Of a stretch of 64,000 nt of DNA, positions 50,339 through 62,538 are shown piece by piece. The notes below the pieces were generated by a model, which saw only the letters and a list, made by a program, of their open reading frames with translations, did not search any database and was not told the DNA's origin. Position 1 is the first letter of the stretch, and each line of letters opens with the position of its first letter. The position numbers and the translations under genes were made by a program. Where the stretch lies: the NCBI GenBank assembly GCA_030704615.1, contig CM060733.1, forward strand, positions 13,578,001 through 13,642,000, given 5' to 3'. Source of the DNA: Takakia lepidozioides. Its lineage: Eukaryota > Plantae > Bryophyta.

Positions 50339-52415
50339 CATTACTCTCCTTGCTTCTTTCAGTCTTTCTTGGTGTGTGTTCTCTGCATCCCACACCAGCC
50401 AAGCCCAGACCCAATTGCTATGGGTTGAACGAATTCATTTCATCTAAACATATATTATCAACCAGTCATGCTGTTGGGCTTGGCTGTGCAAACACATCAT
50501 CAATGTATTTTACCCCACTTATGAGAGTGCAGGGGTGTTCTGGCCACATGTCCATGGTCGCATCATAGCTTCGATGATACTTGAACACCAGATTCTTACT
50601 GGCTTGTTCCTCATCTAAGGTCCCATATCTTGCATCACCTAATGGAGAGTTGAGGGGAATGCGAATAAGAAACATAGCCTGGCTACGCTTCTCGACCAGG
50701 TGGTCTTCGATCAATCGAAGAGACATTTGTCGATAAGCTTGTGCTTCTTTAAGAAGGTAATAGGAGATCATTGGATGAAAAATCTGGAGGAAAACTCTGC
50801 TGCAAGGAGTAAAACTTTGAACTATATAAAGGAAGCTCAAGTGAAACTCCACAATATTCATGATTTCCCTTCCGGTTTTGACATTGTTTTCCCATGCTTA
50901 AATTGCAATAATCGTTTTGAGCCTGCATTCAAAAAGTATGATCCTTTGTGGGTATCTAAATGTTCCTCCAGCCTTTCTACCAGTAACTGCTAGTTGGTCA
51001 TGGATCTCTTCTAATGTATGTGAAAGCATCTGAGTCTTTCTGTTGACATTCCAAATTGTTTTCTGTTCAGTGGTTATAGCACTGGCCACACTTTGGGTGG
51101 TGGGGTTCCACTCTTTTTCTTGTTAGAGATACTGGTGTTTGTGTGTCCCTACCCAGTCAACAGACAGTTAGAGGAGGTATCATACATCAGTTTGGCATCC
51201 ATATACTGCACATGCTAGATTATTCTTGCTAGCTATACATACAGGCAGAGTTCACAAAATTCCTGCTCTTAAAGTCTTTCAGTCTTGAGCAATGGAGGTC
51301 ATTAGATTATTATCCAGATGAATATATCAGTAAGCCAGTCAGCATTGCATTTGTTAGTTACTGCAAGTGACTACGCTGATCGAATCAGGAGCGGCCGAGT
51401 CACCAAGAGCGACGACTACATGCTACTGACACGTCACCATTGTTTTCCCGCTTTCATATAAGTGTCCATACATGTAATATTGTTTTATGCTGTTGTATTG
51501 CTGCTCAGATATACGAGCGATAGATGCTAGGGTGTGTGTCTGCCTAGATGTGCATACTCTGCTTACGTTGTTGTGCTGCAGGGCTTGTAGCTATGTCTTA
51601 TCTGTACTGTGACTTCCAGGTGTTGATATAGTAGTGCTGAGATGCCGATGAACAGTATGCTGTATTAGAACACTTGTAAATGCGAAACTGATCATGACCA
51701 GTATATTGGTTGTACATATGATTCTGATGACTACTTATATAGAGTTCAAGTCTCGATAGTATATTTGTGCAGTACTTTCAATTGATCCTGGGTTGGTAAT
51801 GGATTTCCAGCACCTTATCTGTTTCATAAGATAACCGAGCACTTGAAATAACCGTCTAGATATACCCTTTCAATGCTCAATAACTGCCCAAATATACTGG
51901 TTGACACCTTTTCACGGTCGTAATCCAGACGACGTGGTTGCACTAACCTCCCCAAAGGATTCAAGTCCTCAAGGAATCGCCATAGATTACAAAAACTTGG
52001 TTGAAAGAAATTTTGTATCTGACTGAGATGGTTGGGGGCAAGTTAGCTCACCTTCTATGTACGGTCATTCCAAATGTTGATTTTTCTTAAACATTTCAAT
52101 TCGGGCTGTACTAGGTTCAGTTTATTTGCAGAACTTTACTTTACACAAAAGGGCTTGGGACATTAGGGCTAAAAATGTTCAAATGCTAACCAGTGACCAC
52201 AACGTCAGAGTGTCAATTGTCACCACGCATAGATCTCTGGAGAAAGCTAAACTTGTACACGGGAGCATACATGTTGTACTTCAGAGCAGACCCACATACA
52301 CAATGTTTACGTTGAGAAGGTCATCATGTGCAGCACATTATTGATTAGATGTCACTTGCAGCTGCCTGAGGATCCTACTTATTAGCGATTCATGAAAGTT
52401 GAGTGTACATACATG

Positions 52416-55400
52416 TCACTGTGTCAGTCTGCTACGTTGGTCCATAGTCGTCGGCTTGGAGACACGCAAATGCATAGATGCTGCAAACGCATCCACACTT
52501 TCCTTGCTGTAGGAGCTGGGTAGGAAATTGGTTTTGCACTCCCAGCCATGGTAATGCAGTGATGCCAGATCGTGAGCATGTGCTGCCATTATTTCATCAT
52601 CTGCAGCACCAGGCATGAGGAGTTGTTAACATAATGGATTTTGAAAGCCGCATAATCAATCAGCTAAATTAGAATGATCGATCATGGTTGGGTTGTATGA
52701 CAATATGGACAACATGAAAAAGTAGTTAGCGGTCTTAAAACGCATGTCAGGGTACATTCTACATTGTGTCCACCTTCCAAGCGGAAGGTAGTAGTCTTTG
52801 GGTGAAGTTACAGTACCAATAGAGTTTAGGCTTACTATAACTGTAGGACTGTCAGGTTTCTCTGAGGCTAAGCGTGATAGAAACCAATTGATGGATTGGG
52901 GGTACGTTCCCAGGAGTATAGATAAGTCACACATCCAGGTCTTCCTACGTTATTAGACTTCTTGCACAATGTTAGAAACTAAGTTACAAGTTCATTTGTT
53001 AAACTCACCATATACTCCCAAATACACGTCCACTTTTGCTTTAGCTTCCGACATGTATGCCACTCTTGCTTCCCATTTACATCGGTTCCTGGTAACGCAG
53101 ATAGCACAACCCACAATCGAGTTAGTTTAGTCATTCATAGCCCCAGGAAACAATCAATCCCGTGATAAGACTGGACATAGATCCGCGTCTAAGCTGTGCT
53201 TGAGGCCAAAAATCATTTGATGTGACCTTAACATTGCAAGAGGTGAGATTTTTCTCATGAGTACTGATTCGATTATTCCCAGTTGAACACATATTAATGA
53301 ACATTGGGAAACACTGCCGTTTTTCAGCTTAAGCGAGGAGCAATGCACAGTTAGAATGTGCATACTTGGACACGCCTTTGAATCGTGAAGAACCACGGGA
53401 GAATCCTTCAGAGTTCCTGTGGATTAGCACATAAATTTTATATCTATGAGTTCTACAGCATGTCAGCAGCATGTCTCGGAATTCCAAATTGCGTGTTCAA
53501 CGTTCCATTAGATTGCATATTCCATGCAATAAATTATCCACAAATCTACATGTCTTCTGAAGTTTTTGCAACCGTCAAAGCTGTTATGATTAATTTCTTA
53601 ACAATGTCAGAGAAGTGATCACCTCTTCAAATACCAGATGTAATCCTCGGTGCTGACATTTTTCATTTGTACCAAGTCCTCCTCGTAGTTACAGATCTGC
53701 GACGTATAGTTGAAAGTCATCTTACAAGCAATGATGAGTGTTGTTTCCAATGAGATCCATACATACGTGGTGCACATGCACCGACGATCCAGGTTTAACA
53801 GATTATGGAGAAATCCCAGGAGCGATTTCGTGCAATTGGAGTGTTAGAAAATCAAATAGTCGTTCAAAGTGTAAGGTGACTAATTACATGCATGCTAGGT
53901 CCACACTATCTCAACAGGGTTTCAGGCCTCACAGGGAAGTTGAGTTTGTACGGTCTCTTTCTCTTCAGATGAAGCTTAAGCTTCAATGCTGCGAGATCGT
54001 GTACCCTGGCAGCTTCAACTTCCGAAAGGTAATGACCTGAGATGCAGACGAGAATGAAGGTAATGTGACATCAAGGCGATATTATTGCATGCACTGTCAT
54101 GAGGTGCTGAAAAGCATCTGCACGAATTAGAAAAACTACAATATGCTCATTAGAAAAAGATCTATTCTGAGCTGTTCAAGTACACTAGCGAGGCTGCATG
54201 AGCAAGAAGATGAGGATCATGCAGTATCACTAATGCAAGGTGCTATAACTTGGTCTCACCACAATATTCTGCTTGAAGGAGTTCGTTTCAGCACCGAATC
54301 ACCAAAAATCGGTCGATATTGCGCCCAATTGACAGCACAAGCAGATATCAAGCAAATGAGCATGTCAAATTATTATCTTTAGAACAACCCTTAGGACTAT
54401 CATTTAAATGAGAGACATATTCTTCCTATAACTAGGTCCATGTAAGATTCGTAACTATAGCTGCATCAGTTTATATCTGAGTTAATTACTTCCACACTGT
54501 GCTTTCATTCACGGTTCACCTGCCTAACCATGTTTTCTTACAAGATCGCTCGAGTTGAAATTACACTATGGACAGAAGTAGAATTCAAGTAAGAAACAAT
54601 TGAATTTCACCCTGTGGTCTATAATGCTACTGTCACAAGCTGTACTCATGAATTCAACTGGGATTGGTTAATTATGAGTGTAATTTCGTAAAATCTGGAA
54701 ATTGCGTTTCTGGACTGGAGATTGTGAGCTGTAAATTACCTTGTTTACCCTTCTTCGTCCTGTTTTCGACTTGGGCATCGCCATTCCAAACGCGTGCCTC
54801 ATACAATCCTGATGTGATCCTGCGCATAGGAGGCGGATAGGTGCAGACCGTAATCAAAGTTACTCCACGGCCTTGTAGCTTAATTTCCCAGTCTCTTACA
54901 TGAACTTTGAAGAGTGCATGAAAGCCAGAGTTCAATAGCCGAAGATGAGTCAATGCTGGTCTAATTAGGAATAACTTACTGAGTCACCCCCTTGTATATT
55001 GATGTCTTTTGTTGAGCTGATGGAGCTGCAGGCTGAGTCGCTCCCTCGTATTTTGAGGTCTTTTTTCTCTTCGATTTGTGAACAGGCTGAGTCACCCCCT
55101 TGTGTTTTGATGTCTTCCGTTTTTTGGATCTCGGGGCTGCTTGAGAAGACTGAGGTGAAGCGCAATGCAGGTGTTCGAACTTTGAAGCGAGGGTTGAATT
55201 GGCCATCATTGCATCATTCGAGGGACCCATGATCATACCTTCCAGCCAGGCTGCATCAAGCTCTTGTACCGGCTCGTCACTTCCGGCCTCTCTTCTTAGG
55301 TTTCCTGCAACAATGGATGAGTCGACTCGCTGGAATGGTCCAGCAGAGTCCTTAATCTTCGACTCATGAAGAGTGAGGAGTTGACCGCTGGCGTCCGTCT

Positions 55401-55665
55401 GTACGGAAACAATTACCGTCTTGTGGCACGGCCCAGGTCCAGCTACAAGCAAAGGTAAGCTGGAATTAGGAGGCTCATGAGCCCACATTTCGGCCTCCAT
55501 TTGCAGATCCCTTTCGTTCAGGCTTGGTACCCAATCCATATTGTCATCCAGAGGAAACAGATCCCCAACTGTCGACGCCAAATACTTCCACTGACTCGCT
55601 TCAGGTACCATCCACTCCTTCAGCGCTTGTTCAATCTCATCAGACAGCTGGTAATAACTAGCCAT
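52416..55665 (-). CDS. Divergent double-AP2-domain transcription factor (ANT/WRINKLED lineage); exons 55665-54980, 54819-54740, 54268-54260, 54036-53933, 53696-53623, 53416-53366, 53088-53009, 52600-52416
   Basis: Spliced: SIYKGVTQITSGLYEARVWNGDAQVENRTKKGKQ-EYC-GHYLSEVEAARVHDLAALK..NFP; linker ICNYEEDLVQMKNVSTEDYIWYLKRNSEGFSRG; second repeat SRFKGVSKNRCKWEARV..VYLGVYDDEIMAAHAHDLASLHYHG..TNF. Intron positions and phases match AP2-subfamily genes. Probable 5'UTR intron at 55776-55669. Confidence 0.85.
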
Positions 55666-58648
55666 TTCCTGGTAACAGTCCTGACGATTCTATGGACGTT
55701 GCAGATAGTAACAAGAATGAATTTCTTCAAACTTTTTGTCCACAGGTGTTGGAGCAAAGTTCTGCCTTCAACTTACCTAGATTGCGTTCATGAGTGAACG
55801 TACTGCAGTCCGAGCAGGCTGAAAGTTTCTAGTAAAATAAGAGGGAGGAGACCAGCGACTGATTGCAATGAACTTCAACAAAACTGATCGAATCTACAAA
55901 GACAAAGTAAGAACCAGCCCACACGATATGAGCTAGCCGAGCATGTCAGTGATCAGTTTGGTATCCAGAAGCGACTGAGTGAGGATGGGAATGAGAAGGA
56001 ATGTTTAATATAAGCGAGCAGCGACCCTCTCTTGCAATCGCCGTCGCCGTCGCCATCGCCATCGCCCTCCCCACGAGGCACTGTCGGGGAGTTTCGCCGC
56101 GGCACACGGGATTGTCTGCTCACCGTTTGATTGTCGAAATAACGTCCAAATTGTCTCAGGGAAAATTTCAATTTTCCTTGGCCGTCCAATAGTTTGAATC
56201 GACGGTGTACATCGCTAGGTCTGGAGAGGGAAGTTCGGGAAGCAGTGGGTGGCGTCTGTTTCGCCATCCGACGCGCTTGGGCGCAGTTTAGAGAATGTAT
56301 CGACTTGCTGAGCGGAGACTTGAGAGACTGAGTTGCGGGCTACTTGTGCATCAGCTGAAATGTGCATGTAGTTGAGCCCGGCAGCTAGTGAGTGTCGCTG
56401 ATAGTTTGCTGTCTTATCACAATATCGAGCAAGGACATGCAGATCACCAGATCACCACGGCGTTGTGAGATTGAGGGACAGTAATATTGTGCTGCAATGC
56501 ATACTGAGTTGCTTAGGGGAAAGAGGAGATCACAACATGTTGAGCGGTCCAGTGCTGATGGGTAGGCGTACAACATCCGAAGGTTGCTATTAGGTGATAA
56601 GCATTTGTGTGATCGAGAACATAGACCTGATACACAATCGTGTGATCTCTAGTTGCTGAAAGATAAGAGACTAAATTGTGAAGAAGTAGATCTTCCGAAC
56701 AGAAACATCTGCATGGTCCGAGATAGAGTGTGCCATAAGATAGGGAATGTGGCAGTTCCGAATAGAACGGGGCATGTAGATACAGCAAGTGTATGCCCTG
56801 CAATATGTGCATTGCTTAAACCAACTTGAGGTGATACAGGATGTCGCAGAGGCTTGGGTACATGCAATCACAGCACGCTTCAAGACTAAAAGGGGTGTTT
56901 TGGTGTTATCGAACTAGTATGAGTTTTATCTTCCGATAAAGCTTAGGCTGGGTTCCAAGTGTCACATATTCTTGAACTCTGATAATGGTGAGAATGAACC
57001 TTTACAGGGCAATGTGGTGAGGCCCTTCTTTTGGCTAGGCGGATTCATGGGCGCGTTGGTCTCAAACTACGTGAAGGAACATGCTAAATTGTGAAGTTGG
57101 TAGGATGCATCATGGCTGGACGGGATCACATGTTGATCCCTGAAGAGCCAGTATTGCCAACTGGCGACCTCCTGGTGACATTCTAATCTGCTTCAGCCAG
57201 AGAGCCACTTATAACACACACTCGTAGCCTCGGATCTAGTCCTTTTTCCTGCCTAGAGATTGTATGATGGAGATTTATGCTTGAGAGTGATTCATGCTGG
57301 AGGTAGAAGTAAGTACGATGTCTTGTGGATTAGAGAGTCCGGGAGATGGGAACGAGTCAATGCTGTAGCACGAGAGGTGATCACGAGAGGTGACATGGGC
57401 CGGGTGGCAGCGTCGAAATGTTGTGTAGTGGACAATGGGAGTGGTACAGAGGTCAAAATTAGTGTCAGTGCAATATTATATATCGTTATCGTGGGGCTGT
57501 ATTTTCTACGGAAACATTGGAACATAATCTGCCCTGCTTGTGATCTCTTCCAGATGTTCCTTGCTTGCTGGGCAGACTAGATTGAATCAGGAAGGTGTTA
57601 CACAAGGAAGATATGTGAGGTTCCCTTCTTCCGAACAAGGGGAGATGTCTCGGAGATGTAAGGCTTTCCCTGCAAAAAAATCGGCCCTTGCGGGAAAGTT
57701 GGATTTCTTGTACAGACGCTAGGGAAAGCTCCATAGATCGATCACCACTATAATGAGGGAATGTTGTAATTCTGTACCAGGGAAGTTTACAAGGAAATCG
57801 GTAGGTTGTGCAGGGAACCTTGGATTTTAGGGGAAAATCCATTAATTCCTGCATCCGTCGACGCTGGAGTACAGTCTACGAATTCCGTTTGCTTGCTCTG
57901 GCTGCCGCTTTGGCCAACTGCTTCTTTCTTGTCTACAAATGCGGCGAACCTCACAGACAATTGACAATCCTGTAGGCCAACGTTCCTTAGAACGCTGTGT
58001 GGCGTTACAAACCGTTTCAATGGTTATCGGAAAACTTGGAGATAATCTGGTAGGATGGTCATCCTCACAAATTTTTCCTTGGTCAGATATGTATCTCAAT
58101 GGGCGAAGGGTACTTTCCCTCGATGTACCAAGGGTAAATATTAGCGACTCAGATTCCTATGATGTTGGCCTGTAAGACTCCCTGCCCCATTTTCTCCAGA
58201 AAAGGAATTTCAGCTTTGGAGTTTCACACTTTTGTGAGTTGATGATGTGAATTTGGATTTGCCCAATAACCTTAATGTTAACCATCTGACAGGTAATGAG
58301 ACATTTTGAGCTTGAGCAATTTCATAAAGGAGAGTCTTCTCCAATGTTACACTAACTGTACCAGAACTCTCACATGCAATTCCCAAATCTTTCATGATAA
58401 TTTCTCATGTGCATTAGCTGTGTATACGTAAGCCTGACTTCATCATCAGGTACTGAACATGTCAAGCTTCTTCAAGTTTAGACATCCTTATATGCCAACA
58501 ACCCAAGCCTGTTTATTATTAAGGGGCAATCACCATGTAACCAGGCAACCTAAATCTAAATGGCTACTTAAGATTCAATTTCGCGGTACTGCTAACACAC
58601 CTGATAGACAATTCTCATGAGGACTGGACCTTGTCATAAGAGTGAAAC

Positions 58649-59830
58649 TAGGGTAGCCTGTGCTGTTGGCCCAAGTGTCCAAGGTCATCTAAGTTCAAGT
58701 GCAATCCTCTATGTATCTAGAGACCTTCATGTTTGGGAGATCTATGCCTAGGGTAGCCTGTGCCATTGGCCCATGTGTAAAGACTTGAAATCTAAGCCCA
58801 AGTGCAATCCCTTATGTATCCGCGTCTCCTATGTCAAGGCCCATGTGTGAAGAATTGAAATCTAAGCCCAAGTGCAATCTCATATGTATCCAAGTGTTTA
58901 TCCCATGTAGAGGCCCAAGTGCAATCCCCCGTGCATCAAGAAACCCTGCAGTTTGGGAGATCTCTTTGTCATTGTTCCAACAAAGCCCATTTTTCTATTT
59001 TTGCAATCTCCCATGTCAAGGAACAAAACAAAACAAACGTCTTGATTCATATATTGATAGGGTAGCCTGTGCCGTTGGCCCAAGTGTCCAGTGTCATCTA
59101 AGTCCAAGTGCAATCCCCTATGTATCAAAGTGCATCTCATATATTGTCGAGGCCAAAATGCAACCTCTAGGGTAGCCTGTGCCATTGGCCCAAGTGTCCA
59201 ATGTCATCTAAGTCCAAGTGCAATCCCCTATGTAACAAAGTGCGTCTCCTATGTGGAAGCCCACATGCGACCTCTAGGGTAGCATGTGTCGTTGGGCCAA
59301 CTGTCCAATGTCATCTAAGCCCAAGTGAAAGATCTTCTATGTATCCCAGTGCGTCGAGGCCCAAGTGTGACTTCTAGTGTAGCCTATGTCGTCGGCCCAT
59401 GTGTGACGAATTGAAATCTAAGACCAAGTGCAATTTCCTATGTATCCAAGTGCGTCTCCTATGTCGAGGCCCATCTAAGCCCATGAAGTGTAATCGTCCA
59501 TTCATGTATCCAAGTGCATCTCCCATGTAGAGGCCCAAGTGTCTAGTGGATCATCTAATCGAGGCTCCAACCATTGTCCCAGGAATGGCCACTTTGCCAT
59601 TTTTTCTATTTTTTGTGAATTTCCAGCGACCAAAAGTACTTGGAATTCCGTATCTCCCACACCGTAGGTCCAAAAGTCATGAGACCAAGGCGGTCCACCC
59701 CTCCTCCTCGTCAAGGGCTTTCCAACGGGACCAAGCACCAGCGCCGGGGCCCCGTGGTTTGGAACATCTCAACGCTACAAAACAAAACAAAACAAACAAA
59801 CAAACGTCTTGCTTCATAGATTGATAGGTT
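58649..59830. repeat. Degenerate tandem repeat array (~100-110 bp unit), probably part of a non-autonomous TE
   Basis: TAGGGTAGCCTGTGCCATTGGCCCAAGTGTCCAATGTCATCTAAGTCCAAGTGCAATCCCCTATGTA recurs at ~58649, 58749, 59058, 59168, 59275 and 59374. Confidence 0.85.
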
Positions 59831-60137
59831 TCAGTGAGTAGGTGGATAAAAATTTCCACATTTGAGATGAAACCTTGAATATCCCACAGGGAGGTTTGGT
59901 CAAATTCCAATGTGGAAATTAATGTACAATTGCTAGGAAGATTGCATGATATTTCGAACTAAGTAGGGAATTTGCAAATTGAACCATTCCTTGATTGGAC
60001 ACCAGGGAAATTAAGTCCGAACATCTTTTTCACATTTAGTGGACTTTTCCAAGTGGCACTTTTTTTAAATACACTTTCCGGTGGCACTTCTTTTGAGATT
60101 CCAGATGGCATTATAATATACATTTATTTTTTATATT

Positions 60138-60913
60138 CACTACAACAGATCGCAGTATTTATGACTGTATATATGACTATTCTATAGTCATAAACGGTAC
60201 ATATGACTCTATGACTGTAAGTCGTGCAAACCAAGTGAATACAATGAATATAGGATGGTACGGTCCGGATGACTACAGTCAGATGAACCAAGTGATATCT
60301 CTCACTGCAGTCATATATACCATACTGCAGTCGCCGCTGCCGCGCCACGTAGCGAGGCGCAATTGATTAAAAGAATTAAATTAAATTAAAAAACTAGAAA
60401 AACTAACGCCGCGTCGCACCGCATTGTGCCACATGGCATAATGTATTTTATAATAATGAAAAAACCACGTGGCAGCCCATCAAGGGTACCACATGTTATC
60501 CCTAGCTCGCCTACTAACCCTAGGGCCATCTTATCCATTTGATTGTACTTAGAGGAGTTTGATCCTACAACCTCCTTACTACAAGAAATATAGTTCACTA
60601 CTTGCTAACCAATACACCCATTAGTCATTCATGTGATCATATGATGTTTTAATTGTATTATACACACCAAATTATAAAATCCCCAGTAGTCATCATGACT
60701 ATGTAATCTCATCCATGTACACTGTAGTCATGGAAATGACTGAATGGTGAGCTAAATCTGGTCAATTGCCGTTGACCAGCCTTCCGCCCATTCCGAAGTC
60801 ATGTAGTCATACAAACTACTACTTAAATAATCGTTCATGCAGTCATGGTCAAAGTCAAGAAAACCATGACTATCATGGTTTGACAGTCATAACTACCGCG
60901 ATCTGTTGTAGTG
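60138..60913. mobile_element. Non-autonomous CACTA (EnSpm) element
   Basis: Perfect 16-bp TIR CACTACAACAGATCGC / GCGATCTGTTGTAGTG; 3-bp TSD ATT; many subterminal ATGACT/AGTCAT motifs. Inserted into a short tandem repeat (CCAGATGGCATTATAATATAC). Confidence 0.92.
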
Positions 60914-61724
60914 ATTCCAGATAGCATTATAATATACTTTTCAGGTGACACTATTTTTTTTATATTCCACATAGTATTTTGATATTCCAAATGGTCTTGT
61001 GATACACTTTCCAGGTACTTCTTTTGATATGCCAGATGGTATTATAATACACTTTTGGTGTCCATATATAGCAACTTCCCCGCTTCCTACATATGCAGTT
61101 TGTCTCTGTTGTGCAGTGCACATAAGCTAAAATAAAGGCCAAGAGGCTATTGCTATCGCAACTGCCTCTATTGAGGTCCGCCATACAATGCATAGTTGAG
61201 GTCCCCTGTACAATCATTTCTTAGCACATAAACAATTGCTGAAAATCACAAATGAACTAGCAAGAGGTGACTGCATGCAACACTCACGCTACCATCTCCT
61301 TCCTTCACCTCCTCCCTGCCCTAAAAACAAAGACGAACCCCCACAATTAATAAAATATGGCCACAAAACACTCAGTTCATTACTTGATTATTGGAATCAT
61401 CCCAAGACAGGGTGTGCTGATGCAGTTAACACATGGGCACTTGAAATGATTTATTTCTGGAATGAAAACCAAACAATGAGTGCCTTTACACATCTGTAGG
61501 GTAAAGGGTGGTGCCCATCCTAGTTGCACATTTGGACATGACGTGGCGTTAACCCGTCAGCGTCACGTCCTAAACCAACGTTACTGTACATAAATATATT
61601 TATTTTTTTACTTTATTATTGACTATTTACTATGAGAACCGACGTGACAAACGATGTGGCCTCATTACGTGGACTTCATTAATTATCTGTAAAATTCATA
61701 TATTATGATTTATATTCTCAATCA

Positions 61725-62225
61725 TGCGACCGTCAGCAAAGGTTGGTCGGACAAATTTTTATTTTTTAAAAATAGGTGCGACCACCAGAAGGGGGTGGTC
61801 GCACATTTTTTCTTATTTTTTAAATGGGTGCGACCACCAGCAGGTGGTGGTCGCAGCATTTTTATTTTTTTTAATAGGTGCAACCACAAGCAGAGGGTGG
61901 TCGCACATTTTTTTCCTTTTTTAAATTGGGTGCGACCACCAGCAGGTGTTGGTCGCAATTTTTTCTTTTTTTTTAAATAAGTGCGACCACCAGCAGAGGA
62001 TGGTCGCAACTTTTTCATTTTTTTTAAATAGGTGCGACCACCAGCAGAGGATGGTCGCACATTTTTAATTATTTTTTAAATGGGTGCGACCATGGTCGCA
62101 CATTTTTAATTATTTTTTAAATGGATGCGACCACCAGCCGGTGGTGGTCGCAGACTTTTTCTTTTTTGTTATTAGGTGCAACCGCTCGTGGCGAGGCGTG
62201 AATGGGCAGCAGAGGCGGTCGCACG
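61725..62225. repeat. Array of about 9 palindromic units TGCGACCACC-N7-9-GGTGGTCGCA with T-rich spacers (~51 bp period)
   Basis: Units at ~61725, 61775, 61827, 61877, 61929, 61981, 62031, 62083 and 62125; followed by TATATAAGGG at 62244. Confidence 0.9.
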
Positions 62226-62538
62226 TCAGGCCTCTCTAGGCAGTATATAAGGGCCTACCCCTCATTCCCAACCCACTTTTTTCTCTCTCTGTGAGTGCGG
62301 TTCTGGGGCTTCTTGGAGTTTGAACTCCGGTGGCCAGGACTGAGCGTGGGGGGGGGGGAAAGTGGATTTGTATGGGGGAGGAGTTTTTGCCTTTTTTTCC
62401 TGGGACTGTGGGAGAATTTGCTTTGGGTACTATACCAATAGAAGATGAGGAAATTGGTCTGCTAGTATATAAGGTTATCAATAGTTTGGGTTTAGTTTTC
62501 CGTTACGAAGCCGCGTCTATTCCGCATAGTACTTTCAT

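Noticed and set aside
55953-56267. ORF with GDGDGD repeat upstream of the AP2 gene
   Set aside because: Overlaps a TATA-like box (~56003-56011, minus strand) and a (TCGCCR)n tract; more likely promoter DNA than coding.
57260-58420. Cluster of short ORFs on both strands
   Set aside because: No recognisable domain or consistent splice structure; may be a decayed gene but cannot be supported.
61725-62225. CRISPR-like look of regularly spaced palindromic repeats
   Set aside because: Spacers are short, T-rich and similar to each other; no cas genes; eukaryotic context.
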